Shown: one piece after another, positions 39,005-49,700 of the stretch
Layout: every line of letters starts with the position of its first letter
How positions within the stretch are numbered: position 1 is the stretch's first letter
Origin: a virus
Taxonomy: Duplodnaviria; Caudoviricetes
IMG/VR virus record: IMGVR_UViG_3300044675_007236
Reading direction: 5' to 3' (one strand)
Length of the DNA stretch: 64,000 bases
Translations under genes and position numbers: made by a program
Notes under the pieces: generated by a model
Told to the model about the DNA's origin: nothing
Databases searched by the model: none
Seen by the model: the letters and a program-made list of their open reading frames with translations, nothing else

Positions 39005-41497
39005 CTAGTTCCTGGAAAGTTCGTCTAAGTTAATGTCACCTTCGTCAAACGGCGATTCAACTGATTTTTCCTTGAGGAACAAGGTTATATCGCCAACAGC
39101 CTCAAACGCGTTACGTAAACTGTCTTCTAGCTCTGGCATGTCAGACTTTCCGTAACGATCTTCAAATTCTTCACCGTGCCAGTAAAAGTTCATCAGAAGT
39201 CGACCGAGCGAATCTAAAGATTCTACTAGCGAAGAAAGATGGCGTTCGACAAGTGAGTCTTGTCTGACAGACTTAAGCATACCGGAAATCATCGTGGTGT
39301 CGAAAACTTCTTTTTGCCCTTGCGAACCGGCTTGCTGTGCAACCTGCATCGACGTATTGAAATCTTGAGATTCATAATTTTGCCACGGATCCCAAACACC
39401 AGGATCAGTTTGATCTGCACTCATGTGATTTAGACGGTAAACAGCATTGCCGCCGTATTGCGTGTTAGCCGAAGTACGCGGCCCGTATTGCTCGGTGCTG
39501 CGTTCGTCGGCTAGGTCGTCGTAGACAGGGGCGTCTGGTCCACCTGCCAATACACTGTAATTAGGATTAGCCTGCTTGTCGCTGCCGTACCCGGCTGCGT
39601 ACTCAATGCGGTAAACAGCACTACCACGAGCCTCGGCTTCTTTAAGAATTTCTCGAGCCTGCCCTTCACGCATACCGTGTACGCTTACCAAATCCCACAA
39701 AGCAGCTCGCTTGGAGAAGCTGTTTTTACCTAGCGCGGAGTCGATAAAAACATCTGTTCCATTGTTAAAAACCTTTAGCCGAGCTGTCTTTTCGTGAATA
39801 AGAAGTTGAATGTCGTCAATCTTGCCTAGGCGAATTGGGCTTTCTTCGTTACCTCCGACACCTACATAAGCATCAGGTAGCTTTAAAAATTTGAAGCTAC
39901 CTGGAACACGCAGCTCGCCAGAGATAGCTCGAAGTTTAGTACCTCGCTTGTTTTCTTTGTCAACGCAAAGCAAAGCGTCGTAGGTGCTTGGTTGATTGTA
40001 GCCATCCATAGAGTAAGGCTCGGTAATTTTTTGAAGCCTAGGCATAGTCGATGTTCGGTCGTCACGATAATCAGGATGTACAAAAAAATCGACTTTGTAA
40101 TTGCCGTCGCCAAGAGCTTCAATTACCTTGAACGGTACAGTTGCCGAACCTGTTGAATCTAAGCCAAGGTACGTGCTACCTTCAGACAAAGTGCTGGAAT
40201 CCGAAAGAGATTCAAACCAGTCATTCCATTCGTCGCGTTCGCTTATCTGGTCTGCAAAGATATTGGTAGCGTGGGTGTTTAGCCAACGGCGACCTTCGCC
40301 GCCCTCGCCAAGTCTTACAACGATAGCAAGGGGCTCACGACCGCGGTTGCTGCTACCGTGAGTAACAACTAACATTTTGTTGAATTGACCGGGTCGCTCT
40401 AAAACTCGATAAAGAGCTGTCTCAGACGGGTTAGTCAGTTTTTGCTCAATTTGTGTGTTATAGGTGCGGCTAACTTGAATGCCGCGACGATGATCGACAA
40501 TCAGCATTGTGTCGTTAAGCAATCGCTCGCGTTCTGCATCGTCGAGCTCGGGCATGCGGTTAGTTGTAACTGACTCTTGCGTGTAAAGCCTTAGGGCTCC
40601 TGCTTTTACGTGATCGACACTTTCAGGTTTTGCTTCAGCAAAAAGCCGCATACCTTCTAACTTAGGCTTAACCGAAGCTTGCTTTTTGACAATACTTTGT
40701 GCAGCTTGTTTAGTGTTTGCTTTGCACGCTGTACCCCAACGAACAAAGCAGTCGTTACCGTAAAATCTACTAAAAGCAGATTTAATTAACGGATATCGCT
40801 CAGATGCTAAGTAAGCCAGTTGCAGCATTTCAAAACTTTGTGGCATAACGTTGTTAAAGTCAAACGCAGCGGCATTCTTTGCCAAAGCCGCCTTAAATGG
40901 ATCGTTAACGACTAAAGCCTGGTCAAGCTTGCGCCCATTAAGCTCGTTACCAGTTGTCCTGAATAACGAACTTGCAGCCTTAGTTTTAAAAGCTGCAAGC
41001 ATTGGAAGAACTTGGCTAAAAGCAGATTTAGGCAACTGTTTAGGGCGGTAAGTGTCGCTGGCTCGCTTACCGCCGCCGATTGAAGGCGGAATGGAAAGCG
41101 TTCGAACGTCAGGGTAAACGCCACCAAGATCTCGAAGCTTACTTGCCGACGATTCACCTAGTATGTGCGGCTTTCGACTCATGACGTAATTGATCCAGTT
41201 TTCTTTCATCGGAACAAACGAATCGTTGTTCTTGATGTAAAGCAGCTCGTGCCCCTTAAGATCACCGTTAAGAAAAAAGACCGGAGCATACAACCATTGA
41301 GAACCAATTTGAAACCCGAAAACACCCATAGCTTTCGTGTTGTCTTCATTACGATCAACAAGTTGAAAGCCGATCATGTAGTCAAGCAAACGAGGGGCTT
41401 TATCTCGCAGATAAGCATAAGCTAGGCTAGAAAAAGCTTGTTCAAACTCGGTCTCTCCACCGCTACCACCGATACTAGCCTGCTTAATCGCGTTCAT
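39005..41497 (-). CDS. Large putative virion protein (KxA-rich)
   Basis: 830 aa; KQAS at N-terminus plus KSAF, KAAS, KNAA, KQAA, KQAS, KRAA, KQAN. Confidence 0.6.
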   Translation of the reverse strand: MNAIKQASIGGSGGETEFEQAFSSLAYAYLRDKAPRLLDYMIGFQLVDRNEDNTKAMGVFGFQIGSQWLYAPVFFLNGDLKGHELLYIKNNDSFVPMKENWINYVMSRKPHILGESSASKLRDLGGVYPDVRTLSIPPSIGGGKRASDTYRPKQLPKSAFSQVLPMLAAFKTKAASSLFRTTGNELNGRKLDQALVVNDPFKAALAKNAAAFDFNNVMPQSFEMLQLAYLASERYPLIKSAFSRFYGNDCFVRWGTACKANTKQAAQSIVKKQASVKPKLEGMRLFAEAKPESVDHVKAGALRLYTQESVTTNRMPELDDAERERLLNDTMLIVDHRRGIQVSRTYNTQIEQKLTNPSETALYRVLERPGQFNKMLVVTHGSSNRGREPLAIVVRLGEGGEGRRWLNTHATNIFADQISERDEWNDWFESLSDSSTLSEGSTYLGLDSTGSATVPFKVIEALGDGNYKVDFFVHPDYRDDRTSTMPRLQKITEPYSMDGYNQPSTYDALLCVDKENKRGTKLRAISGELRVPGSFKFLKLPDAYVGVGGNEESPIRLGKIDDIQLLIHEKTARLKVFNNGTDVFIDSALGKNSFSKRAALWDLVSVHGMREGQAREILKEAEARGSAVYRIEYAAGYGSDKQANPNYSVLAGGPDAPVYDDLADERSTEQYGPRTSANTQYGGNAVYRLNHMSADQTDPGVWDPWQNYESQDFNTSMQVAQQAGSQGQKEVFDTTMISGMLKSVRQDSLVERHLSSLVESLDSLGRLLMNFYWHGEEFEDRYGKSDMPELEDSLRNAFEAVGDITLFLKEKSVESPFDEGDINLDELSRN

Positions 41498-41520
41498 CTT
41501 TAGTTTCCGTTAAGTGAATA

Positions 41521-41739
41521 CTACTTCTTCCAACCGGCTGCTATGTCAAAACCGGAAAGATGTGAAAGCATATTTTGAGCTTCTTGTGTGGCAACTGCTT
41601 CAAAAAAACTAGCTATCTTTTCTTTGTCTGCATTAACTGTTTTTTTCTTTGGCTTTTTCTTCGTGCCTGTTGTAGGTGGAAGTAAATAAGCCGCAGCTAA
41701 CTTAGAATCAAAGCCGCCCAGTGGAGGTAAAATTGACAT
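41521..41739 (-). CDS. Small hypothetical protein
   Basis: 72 aa; basic stretch KKKPKKK, KLAA and KIAS motifs. Confidence 0.5.
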   Translation of the reverse strand: MSILPPLGGFDSKLAAAYLLPPTTGTKKKPKKKTVNADKEKIASFFEAVATQEAQNMLSHLSGFDIAAGWKK

Positions 41740-41801
41740 TATAGGACCTGTGAATATGAAAATTCATCCGGCGAATTGTACAGTTTATCTGTTTTGTCGG
41801 T

Positions 41802-41813
41802 ATTTTAGCAAGT
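41802..41813 (-). promoter_or_regulatory. Putative promoter ACTTGC-TAAAAT
   Basis: Extended -10 in the 81-bp gap after the beta-prime C-half gene; resembles the ACTTTGGC-TATAAT motif. Confidence 0.4.
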
Positions 41814-41820
41814 GAAACCT

Positions 41821-44800
41821 TTACAACAGTCTAGATGTAATAGGTTTTGCTGAGACAAGACTGTCTTTCGGCTCTGGAATATCTGGAATAGGAACATCTG
41901 GTAGTTTGTAGGGAGCCTTAGGTTGTATAACAACGCGATTAGATACATCGCCAAAATCAGTACCGGTTACCAGACTAGGTACAAAGCTTGAACCACGTTC
42001 TTCGCTAGTAGCACCCCTAGCCGTAGATTCAAGCAAACTTTCTTTTAGTCCTGACCCGTACATCTGCGTAAGCCAATCCGGATCATGCTGGAGCTGGTAC
42101 ATGCCTCGCACCATATGCGACTCAAAAGGCGGCGGATTGTCGTGAACTTCCAAAGCCTGCACGCCAAACTCGTCAAAGTCTTTAAGCATCGAAGGTCTAA
42201 CTTTAGTGCCGATCGTGTAGTGAAGAACCGGCCTTTCAAGATATTTACCAACGGCTTTCTTAGGCGACAAAGCTTGAAAACCGTCTCTAGGTTTGTACGT
42301 GTGCTCGAGAGTCGTGTAAGGAATAACGTCGTCTTGTACGTTATCGCCCACTTCTTCAGTAAGTCTAACGTGATTAATTAGACCCCGAGCAAGAAGCTCG
42401 ATGTTTCTGCGGTGCCCAAACATACCGCTAGAAGCCATGGCCTTTTTGAACTCTTGAACAAAATAGCGACGACCTTCTCCTACGCCTTTGTATTTAGTAA
42501 TGGTTGCAGGATTGGGGATGCCGTCACTAAGCATATCACCAGCTTCAATAGTATCGCCTTTCTTGACTTTGAGATCGTAGCCAGCGTTTACGTAATGTCG
42601 TTCACCGCCAATTGTAATATAGCTACCGCCTGCGGGAGCGGGTTCGATACGCTGTACTGTGCCGTCAACGGTAGCGTGAGCTGCACCACCCTGCATTTTC
42701 TTAGGTGTTTGAATGAGCTGATTAATGTACTGGAAGCCACCGACAGCTTTTTCCTGCCCTGCAACACCCCCGGAGTGCTTGGCAGAATTGGAAACTATCA
42801 GACCATTTGCCAGCACAAACAAGTGATCTGGATGATCTACTTCAATATCATAAGTTCGCAATTGACCGACTATTGTTTGTTTTTTTCTGTAAAAAAAACA
42901 AGTGTTAACTGAAGAATTGAAATTTCCAGCTTTTTTTAAAGTTTCATTTTTACAGCCGGGTATAAAATCAAGCATTAGCTTTATAAATTTATCGACTTCT
43001 TGCTGCCTACAAATTACAAAACTGTACAAAATTCTTTTTCTATTCTTTGACTGCAAGTCTATTGGCCCCGAATGAATAGCGAAACGAACACGCAAAATAT
43101 CGCGAATTGCGGTTATAAGCTGCAGCGATGTTGACGAATAACTGACATAGTACGCTTTGTGTTTCCGACGAGACTGCGACAAGTAAATGGAGCCGTCGCT
43201 GGCAAATAAACCTCCAAGCAGATTTAATGTAGATCTTGAATCCCACTCCCAAATGTCAGCTGGAACTGTTTTTTCGTACGCGTACTTACCGTAAAACTTC
43301 AACTCTTTCAGTTTTACAAGCACAGGATTACGGTCACCTGAAAGTAGTCTACCTGTCGTTGGACATTGGTTAACAGTATCGACTATCTGAGAAATTCGAT
43401 AGTAACCCTTTTGGCCTGCAAGAAGAGTTGCTTTTAAACCTAGACTTGTCAAAAGTGGCTGTATATCGGCGATCAGACTTGGATCAAAGCAAGACAAATG
43501 CACACCGTGCACACTTACCGTGTAGCAACCATCACCTAACAGAAGACCCAGTAAAAGAGACATAGCCTCGTGTTTTTTACCGATAAACTGGTGTGCCACA
43601 CTATTTGGCATTACACCGCACAACCTAACGCATTTTTCGTCCGCAGCCCAAATACCCTTTTCAGCTATTTCAGTTGTTGGAGCCCATCTTCGAGCTACTG
43701 CTAAAATCTTATGCTCCCGAGTCGAAATAAGCGACACGCTTTCTTTTGTTCTTGAAACATTAAAAACAGTTTCTACGCAATCTTTAAGCCCGTTGTTGTA
43801 CACGTTTAAAACTTTTACCGGACGTAAATTTCCATTTGTATCCGAGCCGAAAACATAATCTCCTGGTACGATTTCTTCTATAGGTTTTACACTGCAATCA
43901 GCCATGCGAACCAAAGTCTTTTCGGCCAAGCAAAGTTGCCCTTGGCTAATCGGTTCGCTGAGAGCTTGAGCTGCCTGCAACCCTACTTGCTCGCCGCGAC
44001 CCGGTAATAAACCTTTCTCACGTACCCCGACATCCCTAGCGTAAACGCCTCCCTCTGGCGAACCTCCAATAAGCGGCGAACGAACTAAAATGCGGTTTTT
44101 ACCCAGACGTTTAAGCTGCTTAAGAATCTTGGGAGTAAGCGGCGTGTTACGCCGAAATGGCCCGGTGTCTTGAGCAAGCAAAGAACCTTCGTTGTCCATG
44201 TCCTCAGTGTCGACGATTAGCCCGCGTAAGCCAGGGTTTTCATCTTCACCTTCTTCGTCGACAACTACAAGCCTATGCCCAGCTTGATTGAGTTGTTTCG
44301 ACAAAAATCCCGCTTCCTGTGTAGCAAACTTTGTGGCGATAATACCACGACGAGCTCCATAAGTACCGGCCCAATATTCTGCGGGTGTCAGCCCTTGGCT
44401 GTAACTTCGCAGTACTGGTACCGGTATAACCTCGTCGCGGTGATCGGAATAAAGCATGTCCGCAGCTAGCAGACTCGCCAGATTCATCGGCTTACCTCGA
44501 GAACCGGATAGTACTTGTAGGCCTAGCGGATTGTTTTCCTTTACGGCTTCATCCAATACGGAACGCTGCTGTGCTGAGCTTTCCCTACCTACAACGCGTA
44601 CGATCTTATCGTTACGTTGCTTGTCCGTAAGATTGTCATCGGCCAGAATACCGTATAGCTCACCTTTGATTTTATCTTGAATAGCCGCTGCAACTTTGCT
44701 TTTTCTAAGATGTCGAGCGCCGAAAGACAAGCCGCCTTGCTCTTGAGCAGAATGCCTGCCTATTTGGCTTAGTTGAAAGGAAACATCTCGGTACTTTTCC

Positions 44801-44931
44801 GGATGTTTCCTTGCGACTTCTTTAAGCAAAGAATTAAGAGCAGATTTGTCCAGAACGCGACTATAGTCCCGTAATTCCTCGGGTAAAACATCGTTTACTA
44901 GAATTTGGCCTACGGTCGTTTCTAATGCCAT
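41821..44931 (-). CDS. rpoC: RNA polymerase beta-prime C-terminal half (bridge helix, trigger loop, jaw) with intein
   Basis: 1036 aa (654 after splicing); TTVGQIL start, bridge helix GARRGIIATKFATQEAGFLSKQL, trigger loop AAQALSEPISQGQL/SAKHSGG, jaw VKKGDTIEAGDMLSDG. Confidence 0.9.
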   Translation of the reverse strand: MALETTVGQILVNDVLPEELRDYSRVLDKSALNSLLKEVARKHPEKYRDVSFQLSQIGRHSAQEQGGLSFGARHLRKSKVAAAIQDKIKGELYGILADDNLTDKQRNDKIVRVVGRESSAQQRSVLDEAVKENNPLGLQVLSGSRGKPMNLASLLAADMLYSDHRDEVIPVPVLRSYSQGLTPAEYWAGTYGARRGIIATKFATQEAGFLSKQLNQAGHRLVVVDEEGEDENPGLRGLIVDTEDMDNEGSLLAQDTGPFRRNTPLTPKILKQLKRLGKNRILVRSPLIGGSPEGGVYARDVGVREKGLLPGRGEQVGLQAAQALSEPISQGQLCLAEKTLVRMADCSVKPIEEIVPGDYVFGSDTNGNLRPVKVLNVYNNGLKDCVETVFNVSRTKESVSLISTREHKILAVARRWAPTTEIAEKGIWAADEKCVRLCGVMPNSVAHQFIGKKHEAMSLLLGLLLGDGCYTVSVHGVHLSCFDPSLIADIQPLLTSLGLKATLLAGQKGYYRISQIVDTVNQCPTTGRLLSGDRNPVLVKLKELKFYGKYAYEKTVPADIWEWDSRSTLNLLGGLFASDGSIYLSQSRRKHKAYYVSYSSTSLQLITAIRDILRVRFAIHSGPIDLQSKNRKRILYSFVICRQQEVDKFIKLMLDFIPGCKNETLKKAGNFNSSVNTCFFYRKKQTIVGQLRTYDIEVDHPDHLFVLANGLIVSNSAKHSGGVAGQEKAVGGFQYINQLIQTPKKMQGGAAHATVDGTVQRIEPAPAGGSYITIGGERHYVNAGYDLKVKKGDTIEAGDMLSDGIPNPATITKYKGVGEGRRYFVQEFKKAMASSGMFGHRRNIELLARGLINHVRLTEEVGDNVQDDVIPYTTLEHTYKPRDGFQALSPKKAVGKYLERPVLHYTIGTKVRPSMLKDFDEFGVQALEVHDNPPPFESHMVRGMYQLQHDPDWLTQMYGSGLKESLLESTARGATSEERGSSFVPSLVTGTDFGDVSNRVVIQPKAPYKLPDVPIPDIPEPKDSLVSAKPITSRLL
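42787..43932 (-). mobile_element. Intein with LAGLIDADG homing endonuclease (382 aa) in RNAP trigger loop
   Basis: Begins CLAEKTLVRMADCSVKPIEEI, block C LLGLLLGDG, block E LLGGLFASDG, ends YDIEVDHPDHLFVLANGLIVSN followed by +1 Ser. Confidence 0.92.
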
Positions 44932-45179
44932 CCAAAAAGCTCCATGTCTAGCTTCTTGTTGATGCGACGGATCTCAGCTCCTATCGCATCGCTGTTTCTT
45001 ACCTGCATGTCCACCGAGCGAAGCAAGTTTTGCTCAGCTTGCTCGATTCGCTTTTCTAGTTGCCGAATATGTAGTTGCTGGTCGCCTTGTTTTGCAAGAC
45101 AACCTACAAACATAGCAGCCACCAAAAACATTAAAAGAAATGTTACAGATATTACTCTATTTTGAATTTCAAAACACAT
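44922..45179 (-). CDS. Small membrane-anchored coiled-coil protein
   Basis: Likely start MCFEIQ at 45179; one hydrophobic helix (ending FVGC) then coiled coil. Confidence 0.5.
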   Translation of the reverse strand: MCFEIQNRVISVTFLLMFLVAAMFVGCLAKQGDQQLHIRQLEKRIEQAEQNLLRSVDMQVRNSDAIGAEIRRINKKLDMELFGWH

Positions 45180-45183
45180 ATGA

Positions 45184-45861
45184 CTACTCGTCGCTGTCGT
45201 CAGCATTAACGTCAGTTAGACTTTCTGCTTGCAGTTCTTCGGACGACTGTTCTTGCTCGGCTTCGGACGGCTGTTCTTGCTCAACTTTCGAAGTCGTATC
45301 TAGGGAAGCAGCAAGACCAACTGTTTCACCTACGTTGTCTTCAATAACAGCTTCGCTAGCTTTTCGTTTTCGGCCTTTCTTTTGCAAACCTGCCCCTTGA
45401 GTTGTGGCAGAAGGCGATGCCTCAAGCTCAGTCTTGTTTTCGACGACAGGTTCAAGTTTACTTTCGATAGAAACAGCGTCAGCTTGTTCTCGGGTAAGCG
45501 TGTTTCGACCCACAGCCAAATCAATCGTTGTCCTGATGTTTGACAAGTCTTTCTCGTAGACGCTAAGCGTAACTGCGTTAAAGCCGTTTGAAAACGCAGA
45601 GATAATCGAAGTAAGCGTATCTGCAGGATCCAAAATATCAATATTTTGCGATCGCCTATCCGCGTTCTGTGCTTCGACCGAATCAACGTGTACTTCGGGT
45701 GATCTGTAATACTTGTCTGCCGAAGCTGCTACGTCGTCAACAGTTTGGTGATATTCAAAAGATTGTCGCCTCTTTACACGACCTTCACTGGTTTGCCGGA
45801 AAAGCAAATTATCCTTAGATTTGTAGTACTTGTCGTTAGATCGATTAGCTGGGTCAGTCAT
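45184..45861 (-). CDS. Hypothetical acidic protein
   Basis: 225 aa, acidic disordered C-terminus, tight packing. Confidence 0.55.
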   Translation of the reverse strand: MTDPANRSNDKYYKSKDNLLFRQTSEGRVKRRQSFEYHQTVDDVAASADKYYRSPEVHVDSVEAQNADRRSQNIDILDPADTLTSIISAFSNGFNAVTLSVYEKDLSNIRTTIDLAVGRNTLTREQADAVSIESKLEPVVENKTELEASPSATTQGAGLQKKGRKRKASEAVIEDNVGETVGLAASLDTTSKVEQEQPSEAEQEQSSEELQAESLTDVNADDSDE

Positions 45862-45862
45862 T

Positions 45863-46087
45863 TTAAAACCTTATCTGGGTAACTGTGACTTTTTCATTGA
45901 TTCCAAGCTTACCCAATGTCTCTTGGAAATCTTTGTCCGTACAATGTGAAACCATAACAGAACTGTTACTACCGTACAACGCGGCTACGCTAATTGGTGT
46001 GCCATCAGGCATTCTAACAATTACCTGAGAAGCCGTAAGAACGATAGGCTTCTGTCCTACTCGTTCAAGAATCTCAATATTAAACAC
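45863..46087 (-). CDS. Small hypothetical protein
   Basis: 74 aa, overlaps upstream gene by 8 nt. Confidence 0.55.
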   Translation of the reverse strand: MFNIEILERVGQKPIVLTASQVIVRMPDGTPISVAALYGSNSSVMVSHCTDKDFQETLGKLGINEKVTVTQIRF

Positions 46088-46700
46088 CGTTTTGCCTGTT
46101 TCTTAGAGCTGCGATTGCTTTGAATGCATTACTTTGTTGTGCCTTTTGCGTTTCGACAAGCTCGCTATATGGCGAACCGTATTCCCAGGGATTATCGTGA
46201 GCGGCTTTCATAGGCTGCATCGGTTGGATAGAACCTAGAGCACCAGCTGCAGGCGCACTTCCTTGCTGCTGACTTGCCATCTGGCTAAGATCGTCAGGCG
46301 TTGCAACCATTTCAGCCGCAGGTATCGCAACACCCATGGCGTCGCAGAGTTTAGCAAGCAGCTTTTTCATCTGCATGATTTCGACGTTAATATCGATCTT
46401 AGGTTTGAGCATCCCGCCACCAGCACCACCACCAGCCGCAGCACCACTGGAAGCTACAGCCTGCTGCACCATTTGCTGGATAGCTGGCATTAGTGCCGCC
46501 ATGGGGTCACCACCGCCGCCACCGCCACCCATAGCAGCAGGATCGGCAGGCATACCACCGCCCATAGCTGCCGGATCCATAGGAGCTCCACCGGCGGCTG
46601 GATCAGCCGGAGCTCCCATTGCCGGATCACCCGCAGCTACAAAACCTTGCTTGTAAAGGTTATTAATCGCTTCTTGTAACAAAACAGAATTGATACCCAC
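46080..46700 (-). CDS. Low-complexity Gly/Ala/Met/Pro protein
   Basis: 206 aa with repeated DPAAMGG motifs; GGAG RBS. Confidence 0.6.
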   Translation of the reverse strand: MGINSVLLQEAINNLYKQGFVAAGDPAMGAPADPAAGGAPMDPAAMGGGMPADPAAMGGGGGGGDPMAALMPAIQQMVQQAVASSGAAAGGGAGGGMLKPKIDINVEIMQMKKLLAKLCDAMGVAIPAAEMVATPDDLSQMASQQQGSAPAAGALGSIQPMQPMKAAHDNPWEYGSPYSELVETQKAQQSNAFKAIAALRNRQNGV

Positions 46701-46714
46701 AATACTCTCCGGCT

Positions 46715-49700
46715 CTAAGCTTCAAGGATTTTGATTTTGTCGTCAACGGAAATTTCGTTCCTACTATAGGCACGTTTTGCGTCAGCAACGTTACGAAAAA
46801 TTTTGACTGGTCGATCGCTTTTACTTTTTGTCGCATGATACAGCCCGCTTACATATTCGTTAGACGGAGCGTGTACTACAGACTTAAAGTCCGACATACT
46901 AAACAAGTTGCGACTTGGTAGCAACCTAGCATAAGCTTCTTCTACGGATTTCTCCAGGCTAGGTACGTGATAATTCATGGCATCTCCGTCAAAATCCGCG
47001 CCAAAGCCTTTAACTACCAGCGGGCTTACCTGCAGCGTATCGCCTTTAGTTAGCCTGGGCTTCATTGCAAGTATACCAAACTTGTGCAAAACCGGAGCAC
47101 GGCTAATGTAGACAGGCCTTGCATCCATTTCCTCAAGCAAAGAACTACGAGCTAAATCTGTACGGTCGACGATTTGCTGTCTTGCCTCTCTAAGCGACAT
47201 ACCCCTTCGTACAAGCCGACGAGTTACAAATTTCTCATACGCCTTGAAAGCTTTATCTTCGGGCAAGCCTACCGAGTCCATATCTAGGTCTGGATTAGGA
47301 GTAATAACTGCTCTTCCGACGTTATCGACTGTTGTTGAAATAAGCTTACGTTGCAAGGTTCCAAATTTAGGGCTGCTACCAAAAACAGATTTCAGCACAC
47401 CTTGTACATTCTTGTCTCGACTTTTCTGGCTAATCGGATCGCCTAGACCCGTTACCGCTCGAAAAGCCTGGTACGTTGCAAGCCGCTCAGGGCCAGATCC
47501 GTCTGCACCTACGGCTTTCTGTATCTCATTAAGGTTTTTGTTGGCTTCAAACAATTCCTTGTAAAGGTAATTAGCGTCATTGATAAGCGGCATGTCGTTG
47601 CTCATCATGCTAATCGGCCTAAACATTGGAGGCAAAACCGGCACTTTGTTAAGCATGTAGTCCGATGGATGCAACTTCAGCTTCTGTGAACTCTTAAGGT
47701 AGCCCAGTTTGCGAATTGCGTTGTCTCGCTCGGAAGCTCGACCCGCTGCAATTACAGCTCGGGTCTTGTTTATTTCGCTTTCCAGGTTAATTGATTTGAG
47801 TGCTTTTTGAATTGCCGCCGGACCTGAACCGTGTCCATCTAGGTTTTCGTCGCCAGCAATAATTGAATCGAACTTTTTCTGCGTAAGCCCTAAGATCTTA
47901 CGTATAGGTTCTTCCATAACCGGATTTGGCATAGGTTCGTGTAGCTTAATGAAAGTCCAGCGGTTACCACCGTGCCCACCGGTCTTAGCCTTGTCAAACA
48001 AACCGCCTGGTACTTCCTTCAAGTCATTACCCCAGTCTACACCCTCGGCACTGGTCAACTCACGATCACCGGCCAGCTCATCTATGTCCTTGTCCGTAAG
48101 AGCCATGATATTAAGCTGAGTGCCCTGTTTGGTAACATTGACACCTGCAGCTCTAAGCTGGTTAACAAACTTCTGGTACACATACGGTACTTTGGTTGCT
48201 TGCGGGTTGTACCCAGACATAAACTGCATCCAATAGTCATCGTTCTTTTGCCCGCGAACAGAGCTGATGTCCTGAAGCGTAGCCGTTGCACCGTGGGAAA
48301 GCAAAGCGTTGGTATCCAGCATACCAATTCTTTTTGAACCTTCGGATCCACCTTTAGCCGGTGTATCTTCCATGGTGTAAGAACCGCCACCTCGACTTTG
48401 ACCTTTGCCCTCTGCTGTATGATGCAACTTCATAAAAAAGCGACTGCCAGTAGCAATGCCTTTTACTTTACGTTCACGTGTAGGATCGACAATGTCCTCG
48501 AGGTCGCTTAAGCCTTCTTTGGCGAGCTCCTGAATAACCCATTCGTTCATATCCTTACTTGAATCAAAGTCTTCGACCTTGATCGGCTTGCCGCGTTTTT
48601 CTGCAATTTTACCCAGCAAAAGCTCAGACAATTGACTTGGATTAGTTCTTGTAACAACTCCCAAAGGATTGACCAACACTTCAAAAGGCCTGCCTTCTGC
48701 GTCGTGCGGCATCTGCGAGTCAGGAATAACGTCAGCAATAACCCCTTTGTCCCCGTAACGTCCCGACAGTTTATCCCCGATTTGCATAGGTGCCGACATT
48801 TTAACTACAACTGTTGGACCTCTTTTGCCCATTACAACATCTGTAACTACACCACTGTCGTTATGATCCCAAGTAATACTTGCATCGTTAAATGCGCTTT
48901 TACCCTTCTTGTGAACTTTGTTGTGTGCAGTTTCTTTTTCTCGCAACCCAAGAATAAGCGGGTCACCCTGATTTACAACTGTTCCAGGTTTAATCACACC
49001 ACTGGAGTCGATATTAGCCAAGATTTGCTTATTGTACTTACCGGGATACGTCGATATGTACTTGTTCTTGCCGCTTATTGTTCTATCGTCTAGCTCGAGA
49101 TCGTGCTGATACATATGCTCAGAACTCATTTTCTTGGCGTAACTTTCAGAGATGACTGTGGCATCTTCAAAGTTCTTACCTTGCCAAGCAATGTAGGCTG
49201 TCCTTGCGTTCTTACCCAAAGCAGCAGCACCAGTCTTATCCGTGTAGTTCGAATAAGCCAAAAGCTGATCCGGATTAAATCGGTCACCTGCGTTCAGTGC
49301 TGCCGTCTGATGAACAAATGTTTTGCGGTTAAACGGGAAGTTGGTATACAGCTCGTGCGTGTCTTCAGTACCGTCGTCGTAACGTACGCGAATACCGTTG
49401 TCGTCAACGCCAAGTACCGTGCCTGCCTGCGGGGCTCTAAGAGCACCCATGCCCTTTGAGTACAATTCCTCGTAGCTTTGATTACCGTTTGTACCTGGAA
49501 CAGCCGATTGTACCAGCGGAGCTTCTGCGTCAACTAACGGCAAAGCCTGGGTTGTCATACGCGAAGCCATAACAAGCCGTTGGCCTTTAACCTGGCTTTT
49601 CATGGGAATCATGTTTGATAGCTGATTAAACGCCTCTTCCATTGCCGGTAGTTCTAAGTCGATTTGAGACTTAGGCACATAAAGCATTTTGCCGCCACGC

